Source of the DNA: Rhodothermales bacterium
GTDB taxonomy: Bacteria > Bacteroidota > Rhodothermia > Rhodothermales > JANQRZ01
DNA length: 58,576 nucleotides
Direction of reading: 5' to 3'
Assembly (NCBI GenBank): GCA_038232935.1
Contig: JBBSMX010000006.1
Location: forward strand, 1-58,576
Under the pieces are notes generated by a model. The model worked only from the letters and a program-made list of their open reading frames with translations. It ran no database searches and had not been told where the DNA came from. Both the position numbers and the translations under genes were made by a program. Shown here in pieces: positions 1-9,741 of this stretch. Numbering within the stretch: the stretch's first letter is position 1; every line of letters starts with the position of its first letter.

Positions 1-1701
1 CTGAACGTGTGGGGCCGTCGCCTCAACCCCGACGGGAGCGCGGCGTCGCCGGACGCGCACCACTAGCTGGACTTCGCCTACGAGGGGCGGCCGGCGACGG
101 CGACCGACGCCCACGACGTACGCTGGCTGTTCTATCACACCCTCCGCCGGGATCGGTGGCGGCTCTGGGCGAAGACGTCGCCGATGTTCCAACTCGGGCT
201 GGACGCGCGGCCGGCTCTCGACGCGCCCGACGTCGCGGCGTTGCAGCGGGCGTTCGCCACGGCCCACGTCGCCCTCGCCGCCGACGCCACGGTGACGCCG
301 GTCGGCAGCCTCTGGCGTATCGACGACGTGACGAATGCCGAGGTGTACGTCGTCGAAGCGAGCGCGGACGCGCTGACAGTCTTTCGAATCACGGCTGATG
401 CACTCGAACTCGCTCCGAGCTATCCGCTCAACCCTGACAGCGAGGGGCACGAGAAACACCCGACGGCCGCGTTGCAGGGCGACACGCTGTGGGTGTTCTG
501 GTCGGTGTTCGACCCCGCCGCCGATCAGTGGTCGATCCGCTACCGCCTCCGTCGTGACGGGGCGTGGGCCGAGACGCGCCCGTTCGCGCAGGGGCTGTCG
601 GACCCGTTGGCGGAGCGCCGGTCGCCGGCCGCTGTCGTGGACGGGGCGGGCGGGCTGTGGCTGTTCTGGCTGGAGCGGGCGCGTGGCGGGTGGCACCTCC
701 GGTACAACCGGCATGACGGGACGGGCATCGACGCCGACCCGGATGCGGGGTGGGAGCGCGCCCCAGCCGAGCCGTTCCCGCTCGACGGCCCCGACGATCC
801 CCGCGTCGAGGACGACCTCGCCGTGCTGTTCCGCCCCGGCGACGCGGGCCGACCGCTATGGGTGTTCTGGGCGCGGAAGGCCGAGACCTCGGAGCCGCAC
901 CAGTCGCGCTGGACCGTGGCGTATCGGGTAAAAGCGAGCCTCGATCCGGCTGTTTCGGATTGGAGTGCGGTCGATGTCCTGCCGAAGACCGACGAACTCG
1001 TGCACGACCGCGAGCCGGTCGCGCATGTCGAGGGCGGCACGCTCCGGGTGTACTGGGGCAGCGACCGCGCGGGGAGCTGGTCGCTCTGGCGGGCCGCGCT
1101 CGACCTTGACGCCGCGCCGCCGTGGGGTCCGCCCGAACCGCTCGACGGTGACCCGTCGGCCGCACCGTACATGCAGCGCACCCCGCTGCCGCTCACCGTC
1201 GGCCCCGACACCGTGCTGCTGTACCGGAGCAGCGAGAGCCTGAGGTATTCCAGCGACGTCTACCGCGCTACGGAGACCGTCGACTTCCGGTATGCCGGGG
1301 CCTCGACCGTCCACACCCGGAACACGGCCCTCGCCGATCTGCACGGCGCGTTCGAGGACTTCCGCACCTACACCTATGACACCGGGACCGAAGGCAAACG
1401 GACCGATGACGACTGGTTCGCCCGCGACACCCTCGGCGTCTACCTCGAGCCCGACACCGCCGATCCCGAGGCCCTCACGCGCGAAGTGGAGCGCCTCCGC
1501 CGGGTGCTCCCCGAGTTCATGCCGACGACGGACCGCGCCGTGTTCGTCACGCGGACGGACACCCACGTCGAGGCCGTCTACACCTACGACCGCCCCGGCC
1601 CCGAGCCCCGCTTCATCGCCGAGCAGGTCGCCGACGCGCTCACGTCCCCGCTCACGAGCGGCCTCCCGCCCGGCGAGGATTTTTCCGACGACCTCCAGTA
1701 G
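1..1701 (+). CDS. eCIS/phage tail or baseplate-associated protein, 5'-truncated by window edge; in-frame TAG at 64-66
   Basis: Frame +1 reads as protein from base 1 (LNVWGRRLNPDG...*LDFAYEGRPATATDAHDVRWLFYHT...) into the 184..1701 ORF; Trp-rich propeller-like repeats (LWVFWS, LWLFW, LWVFWA, LRVYWGS); C-terminal 'DTLGVYLEPD...RLRRVLPEFMP' resembles tail/baseplate proteins; lies upstream of DUF6519/DUF4157 genes. Confidence 0.6.
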
Positions 1702-1711
1702 CACAACGCCC

Positions 1712-2224
1712 ATGCCTTCCGCCGACACCTACCCCCGTGGGATCTACCGCGACCGTCTGGTCACGCCGGACGGCGTGACCAGCCGAGGTTGGACGTCCAA
1801 CCTCATCGTGGACCAGTGCCGGTCTCTCCTCGCCGGCTTTATGCGGGGCGATACGGCGGCGGGCATCCAGGTGCTCCGGGTCGGGCGGGGCGATGTGCTC
1901 TGGGACGCGGCACTGCCGCCCGCTCCGCCGCGCTCGACGGAGGCGCTCGTCGATCCCGTGCCGTTCGAGATCGCCCTTGCGCCCGCCGACATCGAGTACC
2001 TCGACGCGGCCGGAAATGCGACGGCCGGTCCCACGAACCGGCTTCGGCTCGCCGTCACGCTCGGCCCGAACGAGCCGCCGGGCGAGGACCCGTACCCCCT
2101 CCGCGAGTTCGGCCTCTTCGGCAGCTTCGGTGGGGCGGACTTCATGATCAACGTCGTGCGCCACCCCGTCCTCTTCAAAGCAGCCGACGCCACCTTGGAG
2201 CGCACGATCCAACTGGTGTTCTAA
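1712..2224 (+). CDS. Phage tail-collar/baseplate-type small protein (LREFGLF motif)
   Basis: ATG at 1712, 10 nt after upstream stop; 'NLIV...VGRG...LREFGLFG...HPVLFK...LERTIQLVF' pattern typical of tail-fibre-attachment N-terminal domains; paralog of 7013..7639. Confidence 0.6.
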   Translation: MPSADTYPRGIYRDRLVTPDGVTSRGWTSNLIVDQCRSLLAGFMRGDTAAGIQVLRVGRGDVLWDAALPPAPPRSTEALVDPVPFEIALAPADIEYLDAAGNATAGPTNRLRLAVTLGPNEPPGEDPYPLREFGLFGSFGGADFMINVVRHPVLFKAADATLERTIQLVF

Positions 2225-2239
2225 CCTTTGGTGATCCCC

Positions 2240-4498
2240 ATGGGCGACTTCTCTCGAAACCCCGACGCCCGGCTGGCCGCGTCCGTAGCGAGGCACTACG
2301 TCGGCGTGCGCCTGCAACAGGGCGTGCCACTCCTCGACGCGGACTGGAACGAGCTCGAAGACCTCCGTCGCTACGAAGCCGAAACCCTCGGGGCGTGGTT
2401 CCTCGGCGACGGCGTGCCCGTCGGGAGCGACGGCTTCCGCGTCATGCCGATCGTCGGCCTCGGCGTCGGTACCCTCGCGCTCGCCTCAGCCCTGACGACG
2501 GTCGGCCTCAGTACGATCTCCATCGATCTCGCGGCCTCTACGGCCGCCGCCGCGCTCGGCTTCGACGCGACGAACGCCGCGGCGGAGCGATTCGGGACAT
2601 CGCCCGCGCGCGTGATGGGGTCGCGCAGCGAACCGTTCGCGCTCGCCGACGGGGACACGCTCGTCGTCCAGACCGAGAGTGGCACCGAGACGGCGACGTT
2701 CGCCGCCGCCGACTTCGCCGACCTCACGGCCGCCACCGCTGCCGAAGTCGCCGCCGCGCTCAACGCGGCGCTGGGAGGCGCGACGGCGAGTGTCGGCGAC
2801 GGCAACGACTTCGTCATCCGGGGAGCCGAGGGGACGAACGCCGACGCCGGTCGCCTCCTCGTCGGCGGACGCGTCGTGGTTAACGAGCAGAGCCTCCGCT
2901 ACAGCGCCCAGCCGCTCTATGCCAACGACGCCCTCGCGGCGCTGTGGGGCGTCAACCCCATCCCCGCCCTCGCCACGCCGGCTGCTAACGGGCGCTTCGC
3001 CGTCTACCTCGACGTGTGGCACCGTGAGGTCGGGAGCGCCGAAGACTCGGCCCTCGTCGAACCCGCGATCGGGCTCGAAACGGCGGTCCGGCTCCGCCGT
3101 GAGTGGGCCGTCCGCGTCGCTACGGCGACGGACTTTATCGACGTGCTCGCCAACCGGCCACCGGATCACCTCTATTACCTCCTCGCCGACCTCGACCGTG
3201 AGGGGGGCAACGCAGCCGTCACGGGCGGCATGATCACCGACGAGCGTGCGACCGAGATGTCGCTGCGGCCCGTCGTGGCCTACCGGGGGAGCGATGGCGC
3301 GCTCCTCGTCGACTCCGGCGACTTCATGGATATGCTCGTGCGGCTGCGCGACGCCGTGCGCGAGTTCATCATCTTCCTCTCGGCGCGGTTCGTGGACCCG
3401 AGTACGCCCTACCTCGCTGGCGAGGTTGCCGGGATCGACGCGCTCAGCGTCGTGGCGAACGTGGCCGACCACGGGATCACGCTCCTCCACGCCCAATCGC
3501 TCGGCACCCAGGGCGCGCTCGACTTCTTCGGGCAACTCCTCGACGCCGAGAATCGCTTCGTCGATGTTTGGCGCGAGGCCGTGCTGCCGCTCGTCAAGCC
3601 GGGCGGGACGGTTTACCAGCAGAGCTACGGCCAAGTGGTGGACACGATCGAAACCTTCCTCGTGGGACCCGCCCCCATGGGCTTCACCGCAATCGCCGAC
3701 GCCCTGGCGTCGCACAACCTTGACCAAGCCGTGCGCTCGCAAGAACAGATCACGAACGAGTTGGGCGAGGAGGGCGACCTCCCCTTCGGCGTCCTCTTCG
3801 TTGCCTACCTCGGCTCCCCGGCTGCGACGATCCAGCCCAACACCAACTTCGACATGACGTACGAGATCACGGGGAGCGTCACGCCCGAAGACGCCATCGA
3901 GGTCGAGGTGTTCGTCGGCCTGGCGTGGACAGCGACCCTCCTCAACGAGGACGGCTCGCTCCCGTTCGATGTAGCCATGGGACCGGGCGACGACATTGAG
4001 CGGTTCCGCGTCCGCGTCCGCCCGCCCAACAACGCGGCCGCCGCGACGCAGATCAGCCTCCGCGTCAGCTCCGAGCGCAACCCGGCCGGCCTCGCCCGCA
4101 CGACACCCCAGCTCGCGCTCACCGTCGGGCAGCCGCCGCCCGGCTCGGAGGCCGACTTCGCCTTCAGCATCCAGAACGCGAACGTCCCGCTCGTCGGCGG
4201 CACCTACGAAGTGCCGGTCTCGACCCTCGCCTCGTTCACGTACCGCCTCACGAACAACACCGATACGGCGCTCGCCGTGACGTTCGAGCTCGACCCCGAG
4301 ACCGACCCCGACTGGAACATCCTGCCCACGTTCGGCCCGACCGACACCGTGCCAGCGCAGGGCAGCCGCGATTACGTCATGCAGTTCCAGGCCCCCGGGA
4401 CGGACGGCATCACGCTCGCCTCGTCGCTGATCGCCCGCAACGACGCGAACGGGGAGGTCGCCGCGCAGAGCACGGTCACGCTCCGCTCCGTCGTCTAG
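2240..4498 (+). CDS. DUF6519-type eCIS protein with C-terminal Ig-like beta-sandwich region
   Basis: N-terminus MGDFSR...GVRLQQGVPLLDADWNE and 'VYLDVWHREV...EPAIGLET' are DUF6519-like motifs found in eCIS loci; beta-rich C-terminal ~230 aa. Confidence 0.7.
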   Translation: MGDFSRNPDARLAASVARHYVGVRLQQGVPLLDADWNELEDLRRYEAETLGAWFLGDGVPVGSDGFRVMPIVGLGVGTLALASALTTVGLSTISIDLAASTAAAALGFDATNAAAERFGTSPARVMGSRSEPFALADGDTLVVQTESGTETATFAAADFADLTAATAAEVAAALNAALGGATASVGDGNDFVIRGAEGTNADAGRLLVGGRVVVNEQSLRYSAQPLYANDALAALWGVNPIPALATPAANGRFAVYLDVWHREVGSAEDSALVEPAIGLETAVRLRREWAVRVATATDFIDVLANRPPDHLYYLLADLDREGGNAAVTGGMITDERATEMSLRPVVAYRGSDGALLVDSGDFMDMLVRLRDAVREFIIFLSARFVDPSTPYLAGEVAGIDALSVVANVADHGITLLHAQSLGTQGALDFFGQLLDAENRFVDVWREAVLPLVKPGGTVYQQSYGQVVDTIETFLVGPAPMGFTAIADALASHNLDQAVRSQEQITNELGEEGDLPFGVLFVAYLGSPAATIQPNTNFDMTYEITGSVTPEDAIEVEVFVGLAWTATLLNEDGSLPFDVAMGPGDDIERFRVRVRPPNNAAAATQISLRVSSERNPAGLARTTPQLALTVGQPPPGSEADFAFSIQNANVPLVGGTYEVPVSTLASFTYRLTNNTDTALAVTFELDPETDPDWNILPTFGPTDTVPAQGSRDYVMQFQAPGTDGITLASSLIARNDANGEVAAQSTVTLRSVV

Positions 4499-4545
4499 CC
4501 TCGCTCGATCCCCACGACCCATGCTCACCCATTGAGGACGTTCCC

Positions 4546-6981
4546 ATGAACCCGCTCGCACCTCTCCTTACTCGCTCGGTTGCCCCCGCGACGCTCGGCG
4601 TCTGCGTGCTCCTTCTGCTGGCGCTCTCCGCGACGGCGGCGGCCCAGACCACGTTGTGTGTGAAACAGCTGACGAGCGCGCCGACGATCGACGGCGTCGT
4701 CGCGGAGGGGGCGGCGTCCGGCGGATGCTCGGCGGACCCGGAGTGGGCGGGCGTCTCGCCGGCCGCCTTCACCCCGTCGACCTCGTCGCCGCAAGCGCAG
4801 TTCTACCTCGCCCACCGGCCCAGCTCGAACCGCCTCTACATGGGCGTCACCGTGGGGGGGGACGACGAACTGTCCGAGTTCGACCACGCCCTCATCTATT
4901 TCGACGCGGATAACAGCAACACGTGGAACGCCGGCGATTTCGCTCTCCAGATTCAGGTGAGCACGGCTAACGGGACGGGCGGCAGCCCGCTGATCAACAC
5001 CGGCGCGCTGTGCAACATCGCCGTCGGGACCATCACGTACTGGCGCTACGACGCAACGGCGACGGGCTCGGGCTTCGACACGTTCTGGAAATCCGACGTC
5101 CCGGCTGCCGCGGCGAGCGTGCAGGCCAGGGTCGCCTACGATTATACCTCGAACACCGGCGATGACCTCGAAGACGAGATCTGGAACCTCGAGATCGAGA
5201 TCCCCACGACGGGGGCCAACTTTGCCCTCACCACAACGGCGCCGAACTACTTCGGTGTCGGCGCACTCGTCTTCATCGACGACGGTCACCAGACCGGCCC
5301 CCAGCTTGGCGACGTGCGCGCGTGGCCGGCCGACCTCTACGACGCTGCTGTGTCCGTCAACAGCACGAACCCGAACGCCGTCGACAACGCCGTGGTCGCG
5401 GGGACCTTCCCCGAAGCAAGTGACCTCGCGACGGCCTCGATCGACGACATCTGCTTCGACGTCAATTTCGCGAACGCGAACCCGTGGCGGATCAACGGCC
5501 TCGACTCGGAGAGCAACGACCACCACGTCAACCGTGGGGTGAACACGTTCACCATCACGTACCAGTACGACGGTCCGGCCGGGTCCACGCCGCCTTTGGA
5601 TAATGACGGCACCGTCGAACTTGCTATGAAGCCGTACGGCAACCTCCCGGCCGGCCAGACCTCGTCGTCGCTGCGCTGCGCGGTGGAGAAAGACGTAACG
5701 GCGACGAACGTCAACGGCACTGAGTCCGTCGAGTTCGTCGTGAACCTGAACGACTGCACGGGCTGGCCCAACCTCGGCAACCTCACGTTCATTTGCGTGG
5801 ACCTCGTCCTGAAGGACTTCCAGCGCGACGACAACACGTCGAACAACACGGAGCACATCAACTACAACTACTTCGCCACGTCGCAGTATGCACAGTCCGT
5901 GTTCCTCAGCGCCGAGGGCATCCCCGGCTTGCAGCCCGGAGAGGAGACGACGCTGTTGCTGAAAGCGAGCATGAGCAACGAAGTGCCATCGGCCCGTCCC
6001 CCGCGCCGCGGCGCGCTCCCGGCGTGGCCGTTCCTCCGTCCGCCGACGCCTACCGGATGGGTCCTCCTGATCGGTGTGGCGCTTCTGTTGGCGCTGCTCG
6101 TGGTGACAATCGAGCGCGTCGCTCCGACCCAGCTCCGACGCGTGCTCATCGTCAGCGTCATGGCCGGGATCGCCACGATCGTCGCGTGTAAGCCGGATGT
6201 CATCGTCGATGGCGAGCCGCCCCCGCAGCGGTGGACGTTCGCGAACGCCGATGAACTGGGAATCCGCCCGGTCCGGGGCGAGCCGGACTGGTTCACGGTC
6301 CCCATCCGCGAAGGCGAGCTGCTCGAGCTCGAGCTCGCCTTCGCTGGCCAGCCGCTGCCCTACGAGGCGGAAGAGATGCGGCTCGAGCCGGCCACTGACA
6401 ACGGCACGCCGAACATGATCCGCATCCCCGTCCAGCCGGGGCAAGTGCTCAGCGTCTTCGCCTTCGGCCAGGTCGACGTGGACGGCCCGCGCGGCACCAT
6501 GCCGCCGGTAACGGCCGACGGTGCCATCCGGCGCACACGGGATGGGCAGCCCAGTCCGAACGAGCGCTTCTTACTCAACAGTGGGTACCACCAGCCCGAG
6601 GAGCACGTCGGCGCGCTCGTCGGCTCGTTCGTCGGGTTCGACGGGAGCGGCTTCCCGATCGGGCGGGAGTCGACGTTCATCGTGCCGGAGGGGGCGCAGA
6701 CCCTGACGCTCGCCGTCAACGCAGCGGCGTACACGCAGATCACCGGCGCGTTCGACCTCCAGATCGTCAATAGCCCACCGCTCAAGGTGCCCACGTTCGG
6801 GACGATCCGGGGAGACGCGACGTTCGACGCCCCGCGCACGCTGCCGCCTTGGGCCGTCTTGACCTCACTCAACCTGTACACCTACTACAACGTGGAGACC
6901 GTGGTCAACGACGTGGCGACCGTGACTCGCCAGCCGGTGGGGTTCTCGCACTACGCCGTTTACGCCAGCCACACTCCGTAG
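4546..6981 (+). CDS. Exported, membrane-anchored protein with CBM9/DOMON-like N-domain and lectin-like C-domain
   Basis: Sec signal ending SATAAA-Q; APTIDG...EW and LYMGV...IYFDADN motifs; two central hydrophobic helices (GWVLLIGVALLLALLVVTI; VLIVSVMAGIATIVAC); C-terminal GALVG...FPIG...LTLAVN resembles LecA/PA-IL-like domains. Confidence 0.55.
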   Translation: MNPLAPLLTRSVAPATLGVCVLLLLALSATAAAQTTLCVKQLTSAPTIDGVVAEGAASGGCSADPEWAGVSPAAFTPSTSSPQAQFYLAHRPSSNRLYMGVTVGGDDELSEFDHALIYFDADNSNTWNAGDFALQIQVSTANGTGGSPLINTGALCNIAVGTITYWRYDATATGSGFDTFWKSDVPAAAASVQARVAYDYTSNTGDDLEDEIWNLEIEIPTTGANFALTTTAPNYFGVGALVFIDDGHQTGPQLGDVRAWPADLYDAAVSVNSTNPNAVDNAVVAGTFPEASDLATASIDDICFDVNFANANPWRINGLDSESNDHHVNRGVNTFTITYQYDGPAGSTPPLDNDGTVELAMKPYGNLPAGQTSSSLRCAVEKDVTATNVNGTESVEFVVNLNDCTGWPNLGNLTFICVDLVLKDFQRDDNTSNNTEHINYNYFATSQYAQSVFLSAEGIPGLQPGEETTLLLKASMSNEVPSARPPRRGALPAWPFLRPPTPTGWVLLIGVALLLALLVVTIERVAPTQLRRVLIVSVMAGIATIVACKPDVIVDGEPPPQRWTFANADELGIRPVRGEPDWFTVPIREGELLELELAFAGQPLPYEAEEMRLEPATDNGTPNMIRIPVQPGQVLSVFAFGQVDVDGPRGTMPPVTADGAIRRTRDGQPSPNERFLLNSGYHQPEEHVGALVGSFVGFDGSGFPIGRESTFIVPEGAQTLTLAVNAAAYTQITGAFDLQIVNSPPLKVPTFGTIRGDATFDAPRTLPPWAVLTSLNLYTYYNVETVVNDVATVTRQPVGFSHYAVYASHTP

Positions 6982-7012
6982 CGTCCGTTCCTGGCCGACC
7001 GAACCGGGTCTT

Positions 7013-7639
7013 ATGCTCACCTCCGCTTTTTATACCCTGGCCGCCTCGCAGATCCTCGGCGAGGCGGCCACGCCGAGGACCTTTCTCATAGCCATAGGGG
7101 AGGGCGACGCTGCGTGGGACGCGGCTGTGTCGCCCGACGACCGGGCCACGGTGCGCCTGACGCGGGAGACCGCGCGCCGTGCCGTCCCGCCCGACGCCAT
7201 CGTCTTCCTCGACGGGACGAGCAACCCGGTGCGGCGTCCGACGCCGCACGTGCGGTTCACCGTCGCGTTTCCACCGGGCGAGGGGACGGGCACCCTGCGT
7301 GAGTGCGGGCTTTTCGCCGTTGGGCAAGGCGGAGGGCAGGAGGTTCTCCTCTCGTACCACACCCATCCACGCATCGAGAAAGAGGCCGACGCCGCCTTGC
7401 AGCGGGTCGTCCACATCGACCTCACGCCACGCGCCATTGCGCCCGGCTCCCGCATCACCCTGCTCCTCGGCAACACGTACTCCACGGAACTGCACGACCT
7501 CGACCGCGAAACGCCGAACTGCCAGATCGACGAGATCCGCCCCGACCGCCGGTTCTACTTCACGAGCATTGAGGAGGCGCGGTCGGCGGGGTACGATGTC
7601 TGCGCCTATTGCTTCGGCCGCGACCTCTCCGAACGTTGA
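7013..7639 (+). CDS. Tail-collar-type domain fused to Ada-like Zn-binding C-terminal domain
   Basis: IAIGEG...LRECGLF...HPRIEK shared with 1712..2224; C-terminal GNTYSTELH...C...YFTSIEEARSAGYDVCAYC fits the Ada metal-binding pattern. Confidence 0.6.
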   Translation: MLTSAFYTLAASQILGEAATPRTFLIAIGEGDAAWDAAVSPDDRATVRLTRETARRAVPPDAIVFLDGTSNPVRRPTPHVRFTVAFPPGEGTGTLRECGLFAVGQGGGQEVLLSYHTHPRIEKEADAALQRVVHIDLTPRAIAPGSRITLLLGNTYSTELHDLDRETPNCQIDEIRPDRRFYFTSIEEARSAGYDVCAYCFGRDLSER

Positions 7640-7660
7640 TGTCCATGCTCCGAGACGGCA

Positions 7661-9721
7661 TTGCACGCACTCTCCGATAAATCGGCTGCCGATCACCGCC
7701 GCGATCAGGCACCGCACGCTCGTCGCAAGCCGGGAGGGCTGCGCGCTTCAGCGGCACCAGAGGTGGCGCTGCACCGGGCGATGGGTAACCATGCGTACGG
7801 CCATTTCCTCCAGGCCAAGCTGACGGTGAACCGCCCGGGCGATCGATACGAGCAGGAAGCCGACCGTGTCGCCGATGCCGTCGTGGAGATGCCCGAGGGC
7901 GTTTCGATGCGTGAGGGAGGACCGGATGCCTCCCGCGTCGTACAGCGGAAGTGCACGGCGTGCGAGGAAGAGGATGAGCACGTGCAGACGAAGCCCGCCA
8001 CGGCGCACGCCCCGTCACACACGCCCGCAGCAGCGTCACGGATCGAGGGGTTGAGTGGTAAGGGGCGCCGGCTATCGGGGGCGGAACGGTCGTACTTCGA
8101 ACCGCGCTTCGGGGCGGACTTCAGCGGGGTGCGCGTGCATACCGATGCCCACGCAGCAGGGCTCGCACAGTCGTTCCAGGCGCGGGCGTTTGCGACCGGG
8201 CACGACGTGGTCTTCGGGGCCGACCAGTACACGCCGGGCACGACGGCGGGGCAGCGTCTGTTGGCGCACGAACTGACGCACGTGATGCAACAGGCCGCGG
8301 GCCACGCGGGTCATCCTGCTGTGTTCAGACAACCCCAGGAAACGCCGCGCTCGCCGGAGTCAGAGGCTCCCACGCTCCCCCCGTTCACGCTCCCCCCGTT
8401 CACGCTCCCCGGTACGGGCCTTACGGTCATACCTGGTCCGTTGCACCCCGCCCTCCTCGGGCAACGCCTCCCTCTGCCCGCGAACTTGCGCATCACGAAC
8501 GCGCTAGGAGCCGGGGGCGGGCCATCGTTCGTACTCGACGTGGCTCCGGAGCGGCTCGTGCTGAACTTCTTGGACAGGATTGACCTCGCCACCTCGACGA
8601 GGCCCGGGACTCCGCCCCATGCAACGCACGAACCCGAGAACCAGCAACGCATCAGCCTGTTGAATCCGAGGATTACGCTGGAGCCGCTCACGGGCCGTCT
8701 CCGTGGGAGCGCGACGCTATCGGTGGGGAGCGAGTACCCGCTCGCGTTGAAAGGACCGACAGACATCGCCGTCAGCATCGAATCGACGGAACTGGGGCGG
8801 TTCACCGGACGCCTGGGCTACGGCCCGCTGCATGCGGATTTTTCGCTCCGGCTGCACTACGATACGGACCGCATCGAGAGAGCCCTTGCCCCCGCCTTCT
8901 CCCCACGAGGCGGGTTCGCCGAGCTGTGGAGCCAATTCCAGACGATCCTGAGAGCCACGGTGCCGGGCATCCAGCTAAACGACTTGTCCGACGCCCTGCT
9001 GAGCCTCCTTCGTGCTGTGATGGCGGGGGAGGTGCGCAGCGCCGAGTTCGTGACGCGGACGCTCGACCTGGTTCGACCCGGCATCCCCGAAGGCGTCGGG
9101 GTGGAGGGTCTCCGCACGGCGCTTTCGCAGCTTGCCAATGAAATCACGCACCCCGGTTTCTCGCTGCGTGGGAGGCTAGGGCTGGGCATACCCTTCCTGG
9201 GCACGCTCCCGCTCACGAGATTCAGCGCCGAAGCACCGACGACCGTCCCGCTCGCCCGTCCTCTGCTCGGGGCACCGACGGCCTTCCCGCTCTCGTTCAC
9301 AGCCGGCGGGGTCATTATCAGCCCGCCGGGCAGTCTGAGTGAGACGGCGGTGCCCGCACTCGGTTTTACGCATTCCAACTTCGGAGAACGCAGCGGCTTT
9401 TCTGCCACGGGGGCGTTGCTGCCCAGCCTGTCCCTGTCCGCTATCAACGCAGGGGGGCCTTTGGTCGAGCAGTTCCCCGTCTATGCCTACGTAGAAGTGG
9501 CTCATGTGAGGCGGCTCTCGGACGATCTCGATCTGGGGCTGCGGCTGACGGTCCAGGTGTCCACACCGGAGCTTTTTGGGGCCGGGGCACAGGGGGCAAC
9601 GGACCCTGCGACGCAGCTCAACAACACGATACAAGAATTCCAAGAAGCCCAGGGCCGAAGCGAGCCCCTCGCCGTACCGAATGCTGGCCTGACGGTGTTC
9701 GGGCGTTTTGGTTATTTCTAA
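7661..9721 (+). CDS. DUF4157 (eCIS core) domain protein, putative effector 1
   Basis: QAKLTVNRPGDRYEQEAD, YFEPRFGADFSGVRVHTD, ARAFATG, LLAHELTHV (HExxH); unique ~460 aa C-terminus ending GRFGYF; start uncertain. Confidence 0.8.
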   Translation: MHALSDKSAADHRRDQAPHARRKPGGLRASAAPEVALHRAMGNHAYGHFLQAKLTVNRPGDRYEQEADRVADAVVEMPEGVSMREGGPDASRVVQRKCTACEEEDEHVQTKPATAHAPSHTPAAASRIEGLSGKGRRLSGAERSYFEPRFGADFSGVRVHTDAHAAGLAQSFQARAFATGHDVVFGADQYTPGTTAGQRLLAHELTHVMQQAAGHAGHPAVFRQPQETPRSPESEAPTLPPFTLPPFTLPGTGLTVIPGPLHPALLGQRLPLPANLRITNALGAGGGPSFVLDVAPERLVLNFLDRIDLATSTRPGTPPHATHEPENQQRISLLNPRITLEPLTGRLRGSATLSVGSEYPLALKGPTDIAVSIESTELGRFTGRLGYGPLHADFSLRLHYDTDRIERALAPAFSPRGGFAELWSQFQTILRATVPGIQLNDLSDALLSLLRAVMAGEVRSAEFVTRTLDLVRPGIPEGVGVEGLRTALSQLANEITHPGFSLRGRLGLGIPFLGTLPLTRFSAEAPTTVPLARPLLGAPTAFPLSFTAGGVIISPPGSLSETAVPALGFTHSNFGERSGFSATGALLPSLSLSAINAGGPLVEQFPVYAYVEVAHVRRLSDDLDLGLRLTVQVSTPELFGAGAQGATDPATQLNNTIQEFQEAQGRSEPLAVPNAGLTVFGRFGYF
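8371..8410 (+). repeat. 15-bp tandem repeat (cacgctccccccgtt x2.7) encoding TLPPF-TLPPF-TLP
   Basis: Direct reading of sequence; sits just after the DUF4157 domain. Confidence 0.9.
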
Positions 9722-9741
9722 CGAGGTCGGGAGAGGGTCTA

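Noticed and set aside
64-66. Pyrrolysine or stop-codon reassignment
   Set aside because: TAG ends many normal genes in this window (e.g. at 1701, 4498, 33598) and no pyl genes are visible
2486-6444. Long antisense ORFs (2486..4561, 4525..6444; likewise 17787..19595, 31772..33916, 50413..52758)
   Set aside because: Shadow frames of real genes caused by high GC3; no motifs or independent signals
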